DNA from: a virus | Taxonomy: Duplodnaviria > Caudoviricetes | Virus record (IMG/VR): IMGVR_UViG_3300031992_000033 | Coordinates: 32,001 to 96,000 of that record | Length of the DNA: 64,000 nt | Strand: one strand, 5' to 3' | The notes under the pieces: generated by a model | The model's input: the letters and a program-made list of their open reading frames with translations, nothing else | What the model was told of the DNA's origin: nothing | The model's database searches: none | Position numbers and translations under genes: made by a program | Part shown: in pieces, positions 23,987-36,218 of the stretch | Numbering within the stretch: the stretch's first letter is position 1 | Layout of the letters: every line of letters starts with the position of its first letter

Positions 23987-25222
23987 TGTGACTTTTCGTG
24001 CATTCCTTACTGTGTCCTCACTTTCTGCCAACTTCTTTATGTGGCTTACTTTGAAAGATATATTGCCGATATAAAAATATTTGGGCTTACGGAAGTCATG
24101 CTTTGCTGAAAATTCATCTGCGTATCCCAACTTGCCCCATGCCCAAGTTCCGCTATGAAAGAGTACACAGACATTCTTTCCGACAAGTTTCATAAGTTCT
24201 GCGTGCTTCATAGATCCTCCTCATTAAGACACTCTTTTCTCCACTTATATATTAAGTACTCAAGTCCCTCTGCATAAAGACATTTACCAGCCTTCATTGC
24301 CTCATGCTCAATCCACTCAACAGGGATTGCCTCTATAACTTCGGCGTTGAAAATCTCCGTGTCGCTTACCACGGCGACATCTTGAACTACAGGATTATAA
24401 CGACGTAAATATATTCTCTTTAACTTATTTGAATCGATTAGTCTCATGTGTTCTCCTAGTATGTCATATACTTTGATAGGTTATTGATTTGTTTTTTCAA
24501 TGCTGGATCTGAAATTATTTGTAATACGTCTGATAATTCTACGAATGTGCGATGTCTATTTGGACATGTGCTGCAAACGTTACTTCTTCCCATAGCATCG
24601 TCACATTTATATTGATGAATATATTTCTGGCAATGAGATTCAAGTGGTTCTATTTCTTCTTCTGAATAGACATTCATACTTATCACTCCTTCTCCTGTTT
24701 GCAATCGACCCTTTATCGTACGTGGTTGTTTATGTAGCGGTTACAATTAGGGCAGTAAAACGGCGCAAATGCTGTGGTTTCGAGTATGTGTCCACACCCT
24801 GAGCATATGTACTTTTTGTCCTCAGTTTGCATCCAATTTGCGCGATTTCGGTTGTCCCGCCAGAATTTTATATCGTCTAATGTAAAGAGTAATTTGCCTG
24901 ACTCGGCGTGTAGTATACCCCACCTTTTGTCGTATCCATATTTGACTTCGAACTTAGTGTAGGGGGAGATCATTTTTGTCGTTAGATAGTAGTGCTGGGG
25001 CGCTGTGCAGATAAGTTTGTCACCTTCTCTTTTGATGGGACAGAGAGGTGCTGATATCCAGTTTGGCTCACATGATTTATAGAAATCCAGTGTGTCTTTA
25101 TCGCGCTGATCCTGTGCGGAATGTTGTGCAGAATACCCGAGTGCTACTATGCTCCCGTATATGAGGTAGATCAGACAGAAAACTATGCTTGTTAGTAGGA
25201 ACATTTTCTCACCTCCCTTCGT

Positions 25223-25251
25223 ATTGTAGCATATGCGCTGAAATGTGTCAA
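25223..25251 (-). promoter_or_regulatory. sigma-A promoter
   Basis: TTGACA-17-TACAAT with extended TG; supports ATG 25204 as the start of the downstream gene. Confidence 0.75.
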
Positions 25252-25415
25252 GCGCCAGTATTTGTGGGCAATGTGGATAAGTTGGGGATACTGCGTAACT
25301 ATGTGTGAAAGCGTTTTGACTACACATCACAATAATTTTGTATTAATTCGAAATAATTTTATTATAATTTTGATATCATTTTGATATCATTTATGTAATA
25401 TTTAAACAAAAAACT

Positions 25416-26348
25416 TTATAAAATTTTGTTAATTATTTCCATACCCTTACGCGCCTCCTGATCGTCTGTAGATATGTACCTTTGCGTGGTAGATGCATAG
25501 CGGTGTCCCACCGCACGTCTGACAAACTCTATGTCGTGTGTCTTGTCGTACAGGATAGAGCAGTACCCACCCCTGACCTTGTGTGGACTAAGTTTATTGC
25601 CAGAGTATTTCTTGGTCACGTACCGCACAGTGTCGTGTGAGATCCTGTCGCCATCTCTGGACACAAACAGGGCATCGGTTTTCTTTTGACGTGCGTCAAG
25701 TAAATTACCCCTATCCTCAAGCCACTCGTTTAAGATTGTTACAGTCTTGTCGGACAAATATATACTTCTCTTGGTGTTTCCCTTCTCTATGACAACAATG
25801 TGGTCGCCATCTAGATCACTCACGTCTATAGATGTTAGGGCTGTCTCACGTATGCCAGTCTCTATAAGGATAGCCAGCATAAGCCTGTCTCGGTTACGTA
25901 GGGTGATCCCGCCAGCATATCCATAGCGCTGCTTATCTTCTGATACGGCAGCGGTAATCTGTGTAAAGTCTTTCGCAGTTACCTTAACTGGCGCATGTGT
26001 ATCGTTGTTTCTGCTACGTGAGATCCCCGACATGAAGTTGATCGGCGTGATTCCCTCGTTGTACAGATAAGTACAGAACGAATTTAATGTGTACCAGACA
26101 GATGTTCGGTAAGTATCGGTCACATCTTTCTCACGCAATTCTGTCATGTAGGATATTACACCCTCACGAGTAAGTTCGTAACCAGATAGAAAAGCCTTTA
26201 CCTTCTGTATGCGATCCCGTCTGGTCACGGCGGTGAGACCACTCGCCCGCATAAGTTCGTTCCAAAGTCTAATTTCGGACGGACTATCCTGTAGGCTACG
26301 GGCGATGGTCTTCTCTATGTTTTGTTCGTTTTCCTTTCTACCGCTCAT
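25416..26348 (-). CDS. tyrosine recombinase (XerC/D-integrase family)
   Basis: ETGIR, EKGN, HKVR, VGH and TQRY: catalytic set complete. Confidence 0.92.
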   Translation of the reverse strand: MSGRKENEQNIEKTIARSLQDSPSEIRLWNELMRASGLTAVTRRDRIQKVKAFLSGYELTREGVISYMTELREKDVTDTYRTSVWYTLNSFCTYLYNEGITPINFMSGISRSRNNDTHAPVKVTAKDFTQITAAVSEDKQRYGYAGGITLRNRDRLMLAILIETGIRETALTSIDVSDLDGDHIVVIEKGNTKRSIYLSDKTVTILNEWLEDRGNLLDARQKKTDALFVSRDGDRISHDTVRYVTKKYSGNKLSPHKVRGGYCSILYDKTHDIEFVRRAVGHRYASTTQRYISTDDQEARKGMEIINKIL

Positions 26349-26357
26349 GTCTCTCCG

Positions 26358-27122
26358 TTAGATGTGGCAGTCAACCACAACAAGTTCCATGTTGTCATCA
26401 AGGTTGTCAATGAATCTCTCCATGAAGTGCAGATCCCAGTCAAGAGATTCCTCGGCAGTTTCAGAACTCATTCCGAACCAGCCCATCTCACCTTTCTCGT
26501 GCCACTCGCCGTCAGGAGTAACAACCGCAAAGAATATAGGCAAGGAATGGATCTTCGCATAGTTTTCCTTAGTCTTGTAGGATTCGCGGAGATAGTCAGG
26601 ATTGTAGATGGTGAAGAAGTCGTCCTTGTTTTCGCCTTCCTTAAGGGGTGCGCCCTCAACCGCTACTTCATACCATCTGAGGGAGTGATCATATCTTTCC
26701 TTGTTGATGTCAAGGTTAAGTTCCTTTACAAGTCCTCCGTCTACCTCTTCGCCTTCCTTTGTGAGGAGACTACCAGACCATCTGCCGCCTACCACCCACC
26801 AATCCCACTTAGACTTGGGGTTGTAAGTAGTAAGTTCATTACCATCTTCATCATAGTCGCGGCAGTTGTCGTACTCCGCATCATAGAACTGCTGGTCGGT
26901 CTCTGCGTCAAGGAAACGCTGCTGGTAATCGCTGATCTCTATGTCGGGCTTCTCCTTAATTCTCTCAAGAAGTGTTTCCTTGTACGCCTTGGCTTCTTCG
27001 ATCATCTCCTGTTTGGTGCGATCAATGCGAGGTTCTACGGCAAGGTTTTCGCTGTAGGGTTCAAGCATTGCTTCGAGATTTGCGTCCTGATCCTTGATAA
27101 CTAATACTGCGTAATGACTCAT
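26358..27122 (-). CDS. acidic phage hypothetical protein
   Basis: YNPKSKWDWWVVGGRW..GEMGWFG..VDCHI; strong RBS. Confidence 0.75.
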   Translation of the reverse strand: MSHYAVLVIKDQDANLEAMLEPYSENLAVEPRIDRTKQEMIEEAKAYKETLLERIKEKPDIEISDYQQRFLDAETDQQFYDAEYDNCRDYDEDGNELTTYNPKSKWDWWVVGGRWSGSLLTKEGEEVDGGLVKELNLDINKERYDHSLRWYEVAVEGAPLKEGENKDDFFTIYNPDYLRESYKTKENYAKIHSLPIFFAVVTPDGEWHEKGEMGWFGMSSETAEESLDWDLHFMERFIDNLDDNMELVVVDCHI

Positions 27123-28962
27123 GTGTTTTCCTCCTTAGTTTAAACCATTTTCTTTCCTTAAGTTTGCAAGTTCCATTTCGTGCTGAGCCTTGAGTTCCGT
27201 TGCGCTTATCAGTTTGGCATTTAAGTTAGCAATGGAATTAAGTGTCTCCTGTATATACTTTTCGTCCTGTTTTATCGTATACTTCTTCCACCTAATAGAC
27301 TGATACTTCTCCACTGCTGGGGAATGGCTTGGACTCTGCTCATGTGCAACATTATTATACCTCGTGTTGAGCAGATTTGTAAAGTCTATTTTTATATTTG
27401 CTGGATCGCCCCAATGGATCTTACTTCCACGCACATTGCTACCCCAGTAAATACACCAGCGCTGACCCTTGTCATAGTGTCCGCTATAGAAAGCATAGCA
27501 GTAGCGGTAAGTAGAACTGCTACTAACGTGATAGTAACCATCTACCTTATTGATTTTGTAGCCAGCGTCCTCGACAATCTTATGCGCCTCCTTCGCATCC
27601 TTTTTATATTTATTGGTGATCACTTGGATGATAGCCTCATTGAGTGTCATAAGTACTCCTTTCTGAGTTTATCCAACTCTTTAGATTGCTGTGATCTTAA
27701 CTTCTCTTTCTTACCTTTAAATACTGATCCGCATGGGACTGCTGGTACTTCTGTTCCATCGGGTAACGTCCAGCCTGACCAACGTGGTACATCCTTAGTT
27801 TTCTTTTTCATCACTTCTCCTTATACGTAAGTAAAAGTCTATTTACGCAATTGTTTTACCGATAAGATAGCCCCTGACTAGGCACATCACCTCACATTCT
27901 GCGTCTTCAGGTTTGATACGACTACTCCACGTCTCTCCTTCTACCGCTATTCCCAGCGTAGAATCAACATTGCTCCATACGTAGATGGACTCACGAGACA
28001 GACCAGCCCTTCTTACGAGATCATTTAACTTGGCTACCATATTATTCCTGTCGCCTACGATCTTCCTTGTTGCCTCGTACTCTTCTTCCGTAAGGTAACT
28101 GTAACTGAAAAGAAACTCTTCCCTTGTTAATTTCCAGTAGTCCACCATCTTTTCCATATCATTAGCAAAATCCATACACGCCTCCAAGTATATACCACTT
28201 TGTTTATCTTGCCAAGCCCTTATACTGTTTCCTCCGTTATATAAATAGTGATCTCGTGTGACTGGAATATAATACTACTGACCACATGATTTGTCAAGAC
28301 CCTACTTATAGAATCTTTTCCGTTGTACTGTCCTAAGACATTCTCATCCTCGTCTCTGATCAGCACATTAAGATTGTTGTCTATTAAAGACAGAACATCT
28401 CCCAGCGAAGTTCTCCTTGAATTGCAACCATAATTTGATCTAAGATTCATATGTATACCTCCTCTTAAAAAAGGGCAGACTATCCCGTACACTGTAAATT
28501 CTAATGTTAGGGATTTAGTTTGTAATTAGATTAGATTAGATGTTGTATCCTCTCTTGCGAAGTTCATCCAAAAGATCGTCGTCAGATATATCCGACAGAT
28601 CGTAGATTGTCTTGCCATCCTGTTCTACCCACTCACCGTCCTGAAGTGTGATCCTCCAGTGAGCGTCGTCTTCTCCAACATAGTCGATGTATCCCTTGGT
28701 AATATACTTGGTCAAGATATTAAGATCGCGATAAACTTCTTCCTCGTAGTACTTCTGATCTTCCGCAGACAGGCTGATTCTATTTTCTTTCACATCGATC
28801 ATCTTGCTTGCTGTGAGTCTGCTTACCTCAATCGTATGCGCACCATTTGTATTAAGATCGTAGTTGAGTAAAAGTAAGTCAACTCCACCCTTAAGTGTGC
28901 ATTCACCATATCCACTGGCATAATATCCCATAATTAACCTCTCTTTCTTTTCTTACGCAATT

Positions 28963-28991
28963 GTTATACCATAAATAGAAGGACTTGTCAA
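28963..28991 (-). promoter_or_regulatory. sigma-A promoter
   Basis: TTGACA-17-TATAAC with extended TG. Confidence 0.7.
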
Positions 28992-30135
28992 TCCTCCCAT
29001 TCATCCTCTGATTTTCTTTCGATCTCTCCTTCGTGCAATGAGCCGAAGGTGTAGCCGTTATCATAGGACAGGATGACAAGATCGTCGTCGTCGTAATTCC
29101 TAAGTACGTTGCGAAGTTCTCCCACAGTCATTGCCTCATCTGCAATATCCTGTATTGAATAAGCCTCGTGTCTTGCGTCAAATACTACTGCGTCTCTACT
29201 CATAATTAATCCTCCTTTAATAAGTACATGATATAATAATCACAGACTTCCGTATCCAGCCCGTTTATCTTCTCGTACCTATCGTCCAGTGCCATTCTAA
29301 CTACCTGACGATAATCTGTCAAGCACTTGTCACATCTCGTTCCGATCCAGCGCACAACATCGTAGGTATCATTGCGATCAATACCCCACTCGTGATTGCC
29401 CCATACACGAAGATGCAGATTAACTACGCTGCCATCTACTTTACGTTCTACCTTCTTAACGTTGACACAACCATAACCTTGCCAGTGTTTTACTCTCATA
29501 GTTTATTACCTCCTTAATTCCAGTAGTCGATGATTTCTTTCTTTGTGATCCCTATGGTATCAAGAATGCAGTACAGGAAATCTGCACCTTCATCTGTAAG
29601 AGTACCATCGAACCAAACGAATTCGGGCTGGTGTTTAGCATAGTCTATTATGTTATCAATTAGTCTCATGCCGACAGCCCCGATAGTAAAGTGATCATTG
29701 ATGTATTCCAGCAGCATAGCATTACCCCCTTACTACAACATAAACCTTGTTTCCTACGGCGCGGATATCATACACAGGCTCTTCCGCAAGATTGCCATCT
29801 TTTCCGTCTCCTCTTATTACCTCTTCTCCGTTATTTTTAATCATTCCGATCTCGTCAAGATATCTGTTGAGGATGATGACGTTGCCGCTAAGGTAATCCA
29901 TAATACAACCAAGGGTTAATTCTGATTCGGTATTTACTGTTATAGTACAAGCGCTCTGATCATTATCATAACGCATTACTATAACTTCATAATTGGGGAG
30001 CATCACATCGCTTACATCCTCATCTTCTGATAACGTTTTTCCCATCTCATTATATATTGTAATATGATCACAGTCTGACACAAAATTTAATACCTCTCTT
30101 AATTTCTTCATAACCAAATCCTCCTTACTTTTTTC

Positions 30136-30165
30136 ATTGTAAACTATAATGATTTACTTTGTCAA
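30136..30165 (-). promoter_or_regulatory. sigma-A promoter
   Basis: TTGACA-18-TACAAT. Confidence 0.6.
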
Positions 30166-31207
30166 CAGTCAATTACTATACGATGAATCACGCTGATGAA
30201 TCCATTGGGACAACGATGGAAGTGTATCCAGTATGTGAACGCCTGTCCTGTACAGTCATATGGCGTCCATACATAACACCTTCCTAATTCTTCCCAAAGC
30301 AATTCTTTTATTTCATCATCAGAGTAATCCTCGGAATCATAGAATCCAAACTCATACCAGCCGCCGTCCCTGTCGTACACTCTGTGAAGACCGTCCATGA
30401 GTGACGCTGGCAGATCTACACAATGCTGCTTGAACAACTTTTTAAGGATTCTCTTAGTTTGCTTTGTCATAAACTTAACCCTCCTGTGTTGATTAACGAT
30501 CTGTGATTCTAATTTCCTCAAGAGCGTATTCTTTAAGTTCGTTATACTCTTTCTCTGTAATCTCCACGACTTCGAAATAATTATTCATGTCGGGATTCAT
30601 ATTAAACGCGAATACACTTATAACATCGCCTACAAGATCGTTAACAGTTTTGCCGTCTTTACAAACGGCTACTGCTGGTACTATATTTGCCTTTGGTACA
30701 ATCTTAAAGTGCTTGTTGTGATCCTCATTTACTTTTGCCATAAACTTAATCCTCCTGTATCTTCATTATTGAGTCGCCGTTCAATCTGCCCATTGAATCA
30801 TCGACGTAAGCAATATCGCCCTTCTTACTGAAGCAACGTATAGTTCCTATTGCCAAAGTAGAGCGGACAGATGTCTTGTATGAGCAGTTTACCTTTCTGC
30901 TTTCCGCATAAACTACTTTGTCACCAACTTTTAATTCTACTCCTCTGATATCTTTCATAGTGTAATTACCTCCGCAGTTTTCTTATACACATCGAGACAG
31001 TAACGCGCCTGACAGCCGCAGCCAGCCACTGAACAAGTGGCTATTGCTGGACAGTCGGTGATCCTTTTCTTTGGAAACATCTTGCGGTATTTGTTGTAGT
31101 GCTGCGCACATAAATAACTCCAGCAAATACCAAGTTCGTTGTCCTCTTCGGCGTCAATGCAGTTGTCGAAATGGATTCCTTCATACCAAAGCGTCTTTCC
31201 CATAAGT

Positions 31208-31408
31208 TTACCTCACTTTTAAATTGTACTGTTTGATCAGATCGTAGAGTGTAGTCTGTGCTGGATGATTAGTTGGCATCGAAAGTATTTCATTACCGCG
31301 CTTATAAATGCGATGATTGCCCGCCTGTCTATGAAATTCAAATCCGTTATCAGCCAGCAGTTTCTTGAACTCTCGCACACTCCACGTTCCGTTGTGCATA
31401 CGAGCCAT
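31208..31408 (-). CDS. HicA-like toxin (dsRBD fold)
   Basis: REFKKLLADNGFEFHRQAGNHRIYK..SMP; start ATG 31408. Confidence 0.75.
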   Translation of the reverse strand: MARMHNGTWSVREFKKLLADNGFEFHRQAGNHRIYKRGNEILSMPTNHPAQTTLYDLIKQYNLKVR

Positions 31409-33014
31409 ATTAATCCTCCTCTCCATAATCAAGATCGAGATTCTTTGCGGTGAATTTGAATTCATTAGGATTGAAAGTGACGGGCAGTTCGTATATCCTG
31501 TCTTCAATAATTCTGCCGTGATCATCTGTTATTACTGCGGCATATACTACTCCGTCATAATCATATGCCACTTCAACATTTTGGTCATAGAATTCTCTGA
31601 ACTCAATCATCAAGAAGTCCCAGTAATTATCCCTCTCGTCCTCATAATCTACAAGGAACTGTTTCATAGCGGCTTCGTATTCAGTTTCTGTCATCTTAAT
31701 AATTCTAATTTCAGGTCTCATCGTTTTTGTCCTCCTTATCTTTCTATTAGTGTAGGGTTAATCTGGTGATACTTAGAACTGGGCTTACGATCTCTGATCT
31801 CAATTTCATCAAAAGCCCACGCGCCTACGATTTCCATACAAGTGCCGCTATAGTCTCCGCCTCCAAGTCCATTGCCGCACGCGGTAAGAATAGGCAGTGG
31901 ATGTATGCACCAAATTGATTCGTGCTTGACACCTTCGCCGTCAGTCCATGATTCCTTCCACTGGTTTGCCTTATAGTACTCGTCAAAGTTAATGTACTGT
32001 TTCTTAGTTAAGTTGACGATATACTTACCAGAGAGAACGTGATCGGCAGCGGGCGTATGATATTTAATTACGCGACCATTTCTTTTCCAAGGATTATACT
32101 TTACATATTCATTGGGAAGATCTGCATAGTCTCCTACCCACGCTATCTGAGCCGATCCATTCTTAATTATCTCCTCGGTAATCGCATCAACAAACTGGTT
32201 GTCAACATAACTATGCTCCATAAGTTTAGCCATAGTATAGTAACTTCCTGTTTGCTGAACTTCTTCGCGTCTCCATTCCGACAAATTTTCCAGCCCCTTC
32301 TTATCGGGCTTAACATATCTGTTATAGTACTTAGCCTTTCCGTTCCTTAAGATTGTTACCATATAATACTGTCCCATATTATTTGTCCTCCTTTATTACT
32401 CTATAACCTCTTCTTTCAAGTGCATTTATCAACTCGTTGTCTGATGCTCTTACTTGCCAGATATCCTCTTTATCATAGTACTCCCAGTCGTTGTTTTCTA
32501 TAATGTATACACCCTTAAAATCTTCATCGTTGTCTACACATTCTATTTCTCCGTTTGCGATATACTCGTTGTCATCGAGAGCGGTAAGAAAAATGTCAAT
32601 GTATTCATAAAAAGCATTATCCAATGTCTTAGAAATAGTGATGCAGTTATCATCTACGGCATCAAGAATACATTCCGCCCACGAACTTAAAGCGGTGTCA
32701 TTTAATTTCTTATAAATATTGTATGCTGCCTGAAGGGACAAAGGGTTGTTTAAGTGAATATCTCCGCTGCAATATATTCTTTCCATAATTTATTTCCTCC
32801 TTATATTCTTTCTGTTTCTCTTAACCAGTCAATGCAGTCCAGCAAACTCTGGAACATATAATGTCCCTGTGCCCACGTACCAGTGTTGGGGTTATACAAG
32901 TAGGCAATACAATAATCACTCTTCCTTTTAAGAATAGTATAATCGCCTATTGTGTCGATCACCTTATAACCCTGTTCTGAATATTCGTTGTAATCGCCCA
33001 TGTTTATTACCTCC

Positions 33015-33611
33015 TTATTTGTAATAATTAAGGTTACAATAGTTTTGTCCGTCAGGTGTTACTATACTATAGTATATGTATCCGTTTGTCAAACGTTCAA
33101 CTGTGTTTTCGTGGTAGATATATGTTCCGTCATACCACTGCAATCTTCCGTATAATAATGCTCTATGCAGAATAATTTCGTCACCATCTTTATGGCGAGA
33201 CAAATTCTTTGCCACTACTTGTATGTGTACGTTGGGAGTAGACTTAATCTTTTTCCAAGCACTCATTCTATTCTGGCGTTCGCGGCACCGCACGCGCCAC
33301 TCTATTGCCTCTTCGTTCTCAGTAGGGCTAAGTAGTTTTAAGATCGACGTAGGGCAATCAAAAAAGTATGGACATTCAGTTTCATCCATTTCCTTATACA
33401 GGAACTCATTGCCGCGCACTTCGGTTAATATTACCAGTCCAAACACATGCCCTCTCGGATGTTCAATGGCGGCATAATAAGTGCTGTTGTGCATAGAAGA
33501 CTTGACTACGTGATAGCCGCTCCACGATGTTTCTATTTCGTGGTCAACTAAATCGCGTCTTGCCTTGGGCGAATCATTTGACAGCGTGTTTCTGATACCA
33601 GTCCAGCCCAT
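33015..33611 (-). CDS. conserved mobile-element protein (DUF6927-like)
   Basis: MGWTG..YYAAI..YKEMDETECPYFFDCP..WR. Confidence 0.65.
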   Translation of the reverse strand: MGWTGIRNTLSNDSPKARRDLVDHEIETSWSGYHVVKSSMHNSTYYAAIEHPRGHVFGLVILTEVRGNEFLYKEMDETECPYFFDCPTSILKLLSPTENEEAIEWRVRCRERQNRMSAWKKIKSTPNVHIQVVAKNLSRHKDGDEIILHRALLYGRLQWYDGTYIYHENTVERLTNGYIYYSIVTPDGQNYCNLNYYK

Positions 33612-33666
33612 AACTTACCTCCTTAATAAATCAGGGACTGCATTATACAGCCCCTTAAGTTTGCGA

Positions 33667-34326
33667 TTATCTTAATACTTCAGCAACGTTACCGCGCTGG
33701 GTATAGCAGAAACGACAGGCGTTACATGAACCTCTACTGCAACGGCACTTCCACTCATTCGGAGACGGAGAGTATCCCTTCTCGTAGACAGTAAAGATCA
33801 CATCCACAAACGGATAAGTCTTCTTTACGCTGTCGCTAAGAGGGGAATTAATTAGCGGCGAACTTAATACTATGTTCATGTTGTCAGGCTTGCCGCCTTC
33901 TTCCTTGATCGCCTTCTTATAAATCTCGGGGCGCTTAGTGAAGGCAGAGAAGTTAACCGTAGGATTTGCCTTAGCAATTCTAATGAAGTTGCGGGCGTGA
34001 GTTACGTTAATCACATCACCGTGAGACTCAAACCTGAATACCTCTCGTTTGCTTAAGTTAGGAACAATCTTAAGCAGCGATTCACTCAGAGCCTTGCCAT
34101 TACGTTCCAGTGCTACACGCTGCTGGGGATATACACCAGACATAACTTGCTTGTAAGCATAGCAGTGAGAGCAAACAGTGTTGGTGTTCCTCATCAGGTT
34201 CATGCACGACGGGTTCATGCCAGCAAAACTGCTAATGGAACGGACGTTCTCCATTTTACCAGTCAGGTGGCTGATGTGAATTCCAGTCTCTTTTTCAAAC
34301 TGGGCTACTGATACTACGTTAGGCAT
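33667..34326 (-). CDS. Gp88-like radical-SAM-related Fe-S protein
   Basis: C..CSHCYA, FRFESHGD, FTKR and C-terminal CNACRFC. Confidence 0.7.
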   Translation of the reverse strand: MPNVVSVAQFEKETGIHISHLTGKMENVRSISSFAGMNPSCMNLMRNTNTVCSHCYAYKQVMSGVYPQQRVALERNGKALSESLLKIVPNLSKREVFRFESHGDVINVTHARNFIRIAKANPTVNFSAFTKRPEIYKKAIKEEGGKPDNMNIVLSSPLINSPLSDSVKKTYPFVDVIFTVYEKGYSPSPNEWKCRCSRGSCNACRFCYTQRGNVAEVLR

Positions 34327-34350
34327 AATATTATCCTCCTTGTTGGTATT

Positions 34351-34379
34351 AGTTTACTACAAAATAAAAGTACTGTCAA
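34351..34379 (-). promoter_or_regulatory. sigma-A promoter
   Basis: TTGACA-17-TAAACT. Confidence 0.7.
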
Positions 34380-34403
34380 TTACGGCGGCGGTCTTATTCT
34401 CAT
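34380..34403 (-). CDS. minigene MRIRPPP (arrest-peptide-like)
   Basis: GAAAGGAGAGTCT-ATG AGA ATA AGA CCG CCG CCG TAA. Confidence 0.65.
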   Translation of the reverse strand: MRIRPPP

Positions 34404-35770
34404 AGACTCTCCTTTCTATTTATCCTTCATGCCTTCGTCATATATGGAATTAAGTTCGTCGTGAAGTTCAGGCGGTATAGTATCCTTTATATGATGCTTT
34501 TCGTAGAACTTTCCGATCTTAATTCCCAACTTCATACCCAACCTAAATCCCTTGCGGTATGCCGACAGCACACTTTCATTAATAAGATCTCTCATAATTA
34601 ATCCTCTCCTCTATACTGCAATACAATACACCTATGTTTAGTCATAGGGCGGACAACAATAAACTCGTCACCAATCTGTCTTTCGAGTTCGGCAATTACC
34701 TTGGTGAGTTGTTCGTCGGTAAGATTCCATTCGATGCAATCCTCACCAATATAGTCGTCGCGCTTTACGCAACCTCTGCCATTGTCCGCGTTCTTGAAGA
34801 GGATATAAGAGATATCATCATAGTCCGTATCTTCAAGTACTTCATTGTTGCGCCAGTATCTACTGGGCAGATCCTTCGGACCATAGCAGCAACTACACAT
34901 GCCCCGCTTGTATGTATAGTGAGCAAAGTCTATGTCGCATACTTCTCTTAAGTGCTTCAGGTTTAAGTCCTTGTATTTGTATTTTGCCATAATTAATATT
35001 CCTCCTCTTCTTCGTTTTCATATTTTGATGAGCATAAATAATATCCTACGCTCTCCTTTATGTTGCTGGATACCTTGTCAGATATATCCTTGGAAATTCT
35101 TTCCACGATCATAGACATATATTCAGGCGTGAATATTGCCTCTGCCTCTATCTTTTCATTCACCGCCTTTTCAACAGCGTCCCTGATGTATTGACGCATG
35201 GTATCAAATGAATAGCGATGTTCTCTGTCCATCATTTGATCTACGACTATGTTAACATATTTACGAGCCGCATCTCCAATGGCGTTATCAATGATACCAT
35301 TAATTTTGCTATCAATCATCTTCTGTAGTGTTTCCTCATTGATTTCGATTGTCATAATTTTATTCCTCCTATTATACAAAGTTAAACTTAGGCTGCTTGC
35401 GACGATGTTCAAAGTTAACTAGCCACTTCTTTACTTCGTCATTCCAATGGCGCTGGTTACTGGTACGCCTTCCATCAGAGAAGATAATTCCTTCATCATT
35501 CTCTATCATATGAATCCAGTAATCTGGACCACGGAACACGGGGCGAAAACTTATTTCCCATGGATAACCACCATTGATTCTTTTTGCCGCTTCGGGTGTC
35601 GGGACACTCATTGCCCACGATGCTGAATAGTCCGCTTGCATCTGATTAAATATCCAATCCTCAAGTTCCTTTAAAGACTCAAACCTTTTGACGTGATTAT
35701 ATCTAATATAATCGTTATGGTATTCTTCATAGTAAACAGTAATCATATTTTCTCTCCTTGTGATATTAAG

Positions 35771-35812
35771 TTAACAGTAAACTAATCTAGTCTTCGGCGG
35801 TGGTCTAATCAT
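35771..35812 (-). CDS. minigene MIRPPPKTRLVYC (arrest-peptide-like)
   Basis: GAGGTAACAACCT-ATG ATT AGA CCA CCG CCG ... TAA. Confidence 0.6.
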   Translation of the reverse strand: MIRPPPKTRLVYC

Positions 35813-36218
35813 AGGTTGTTACCTCACTTATTATTCAACTTAGTCATTTCCTTGTTAAGGAAGAGATACTCGATTGCCTCTCCTACCTCGGGATCTATGA
35901 GCATATCCCTCAGGTTCATACCCTCAACTCCGTCAAGCATATCTGAGCGGTCAATCAAGTCATAGATGATTTCAGAGACTGTGGAATTTACTTCCTGAAT
36001 GAGTGTGGTTTCCATTAACATGCCGCCACCAATGTTGCCTTCGTTGGAATATACTTCTACATTCCAGTAATCAACATAACCTTCATCCACGTCTTCGGGG
36101 AGAAGATTATCTCCCGTGCCTTCTCTTGCAACAACAAGTACATTATTGTGAATGTCGTAGAAAAACAACCCGTCCGTATGATATTTCTTTGTATAATCAA
36201 TCCACTTTAAGTCCTTCA

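Larger units (their letters stand above)
8638..25204 (-). other. dense cluster of about 55 small, tightly packed accessory genes
   Basis: Minus-strand ORFs of 50-230 aa with overlapping stops/starts and GGAGG RBSs. Confidence 0.85.

Noticed and set aside
25370-25402. dif site
   Set aside because: Only a partial XerD-arm match (TTATGTAA) is present, with no plausible XerC arm.
26322-27104. 260-aa plus-strand ORF and the many other antisense ORFs in the track
   Set aside because: They are shadows of RBS-supported genes on the opposite strand.
28495-28535. Fourth arrest minigene (shares ATTACAAACT with the 39281 minigene)
   Set aside because: It has no ATG, RBS or RxPP codons.
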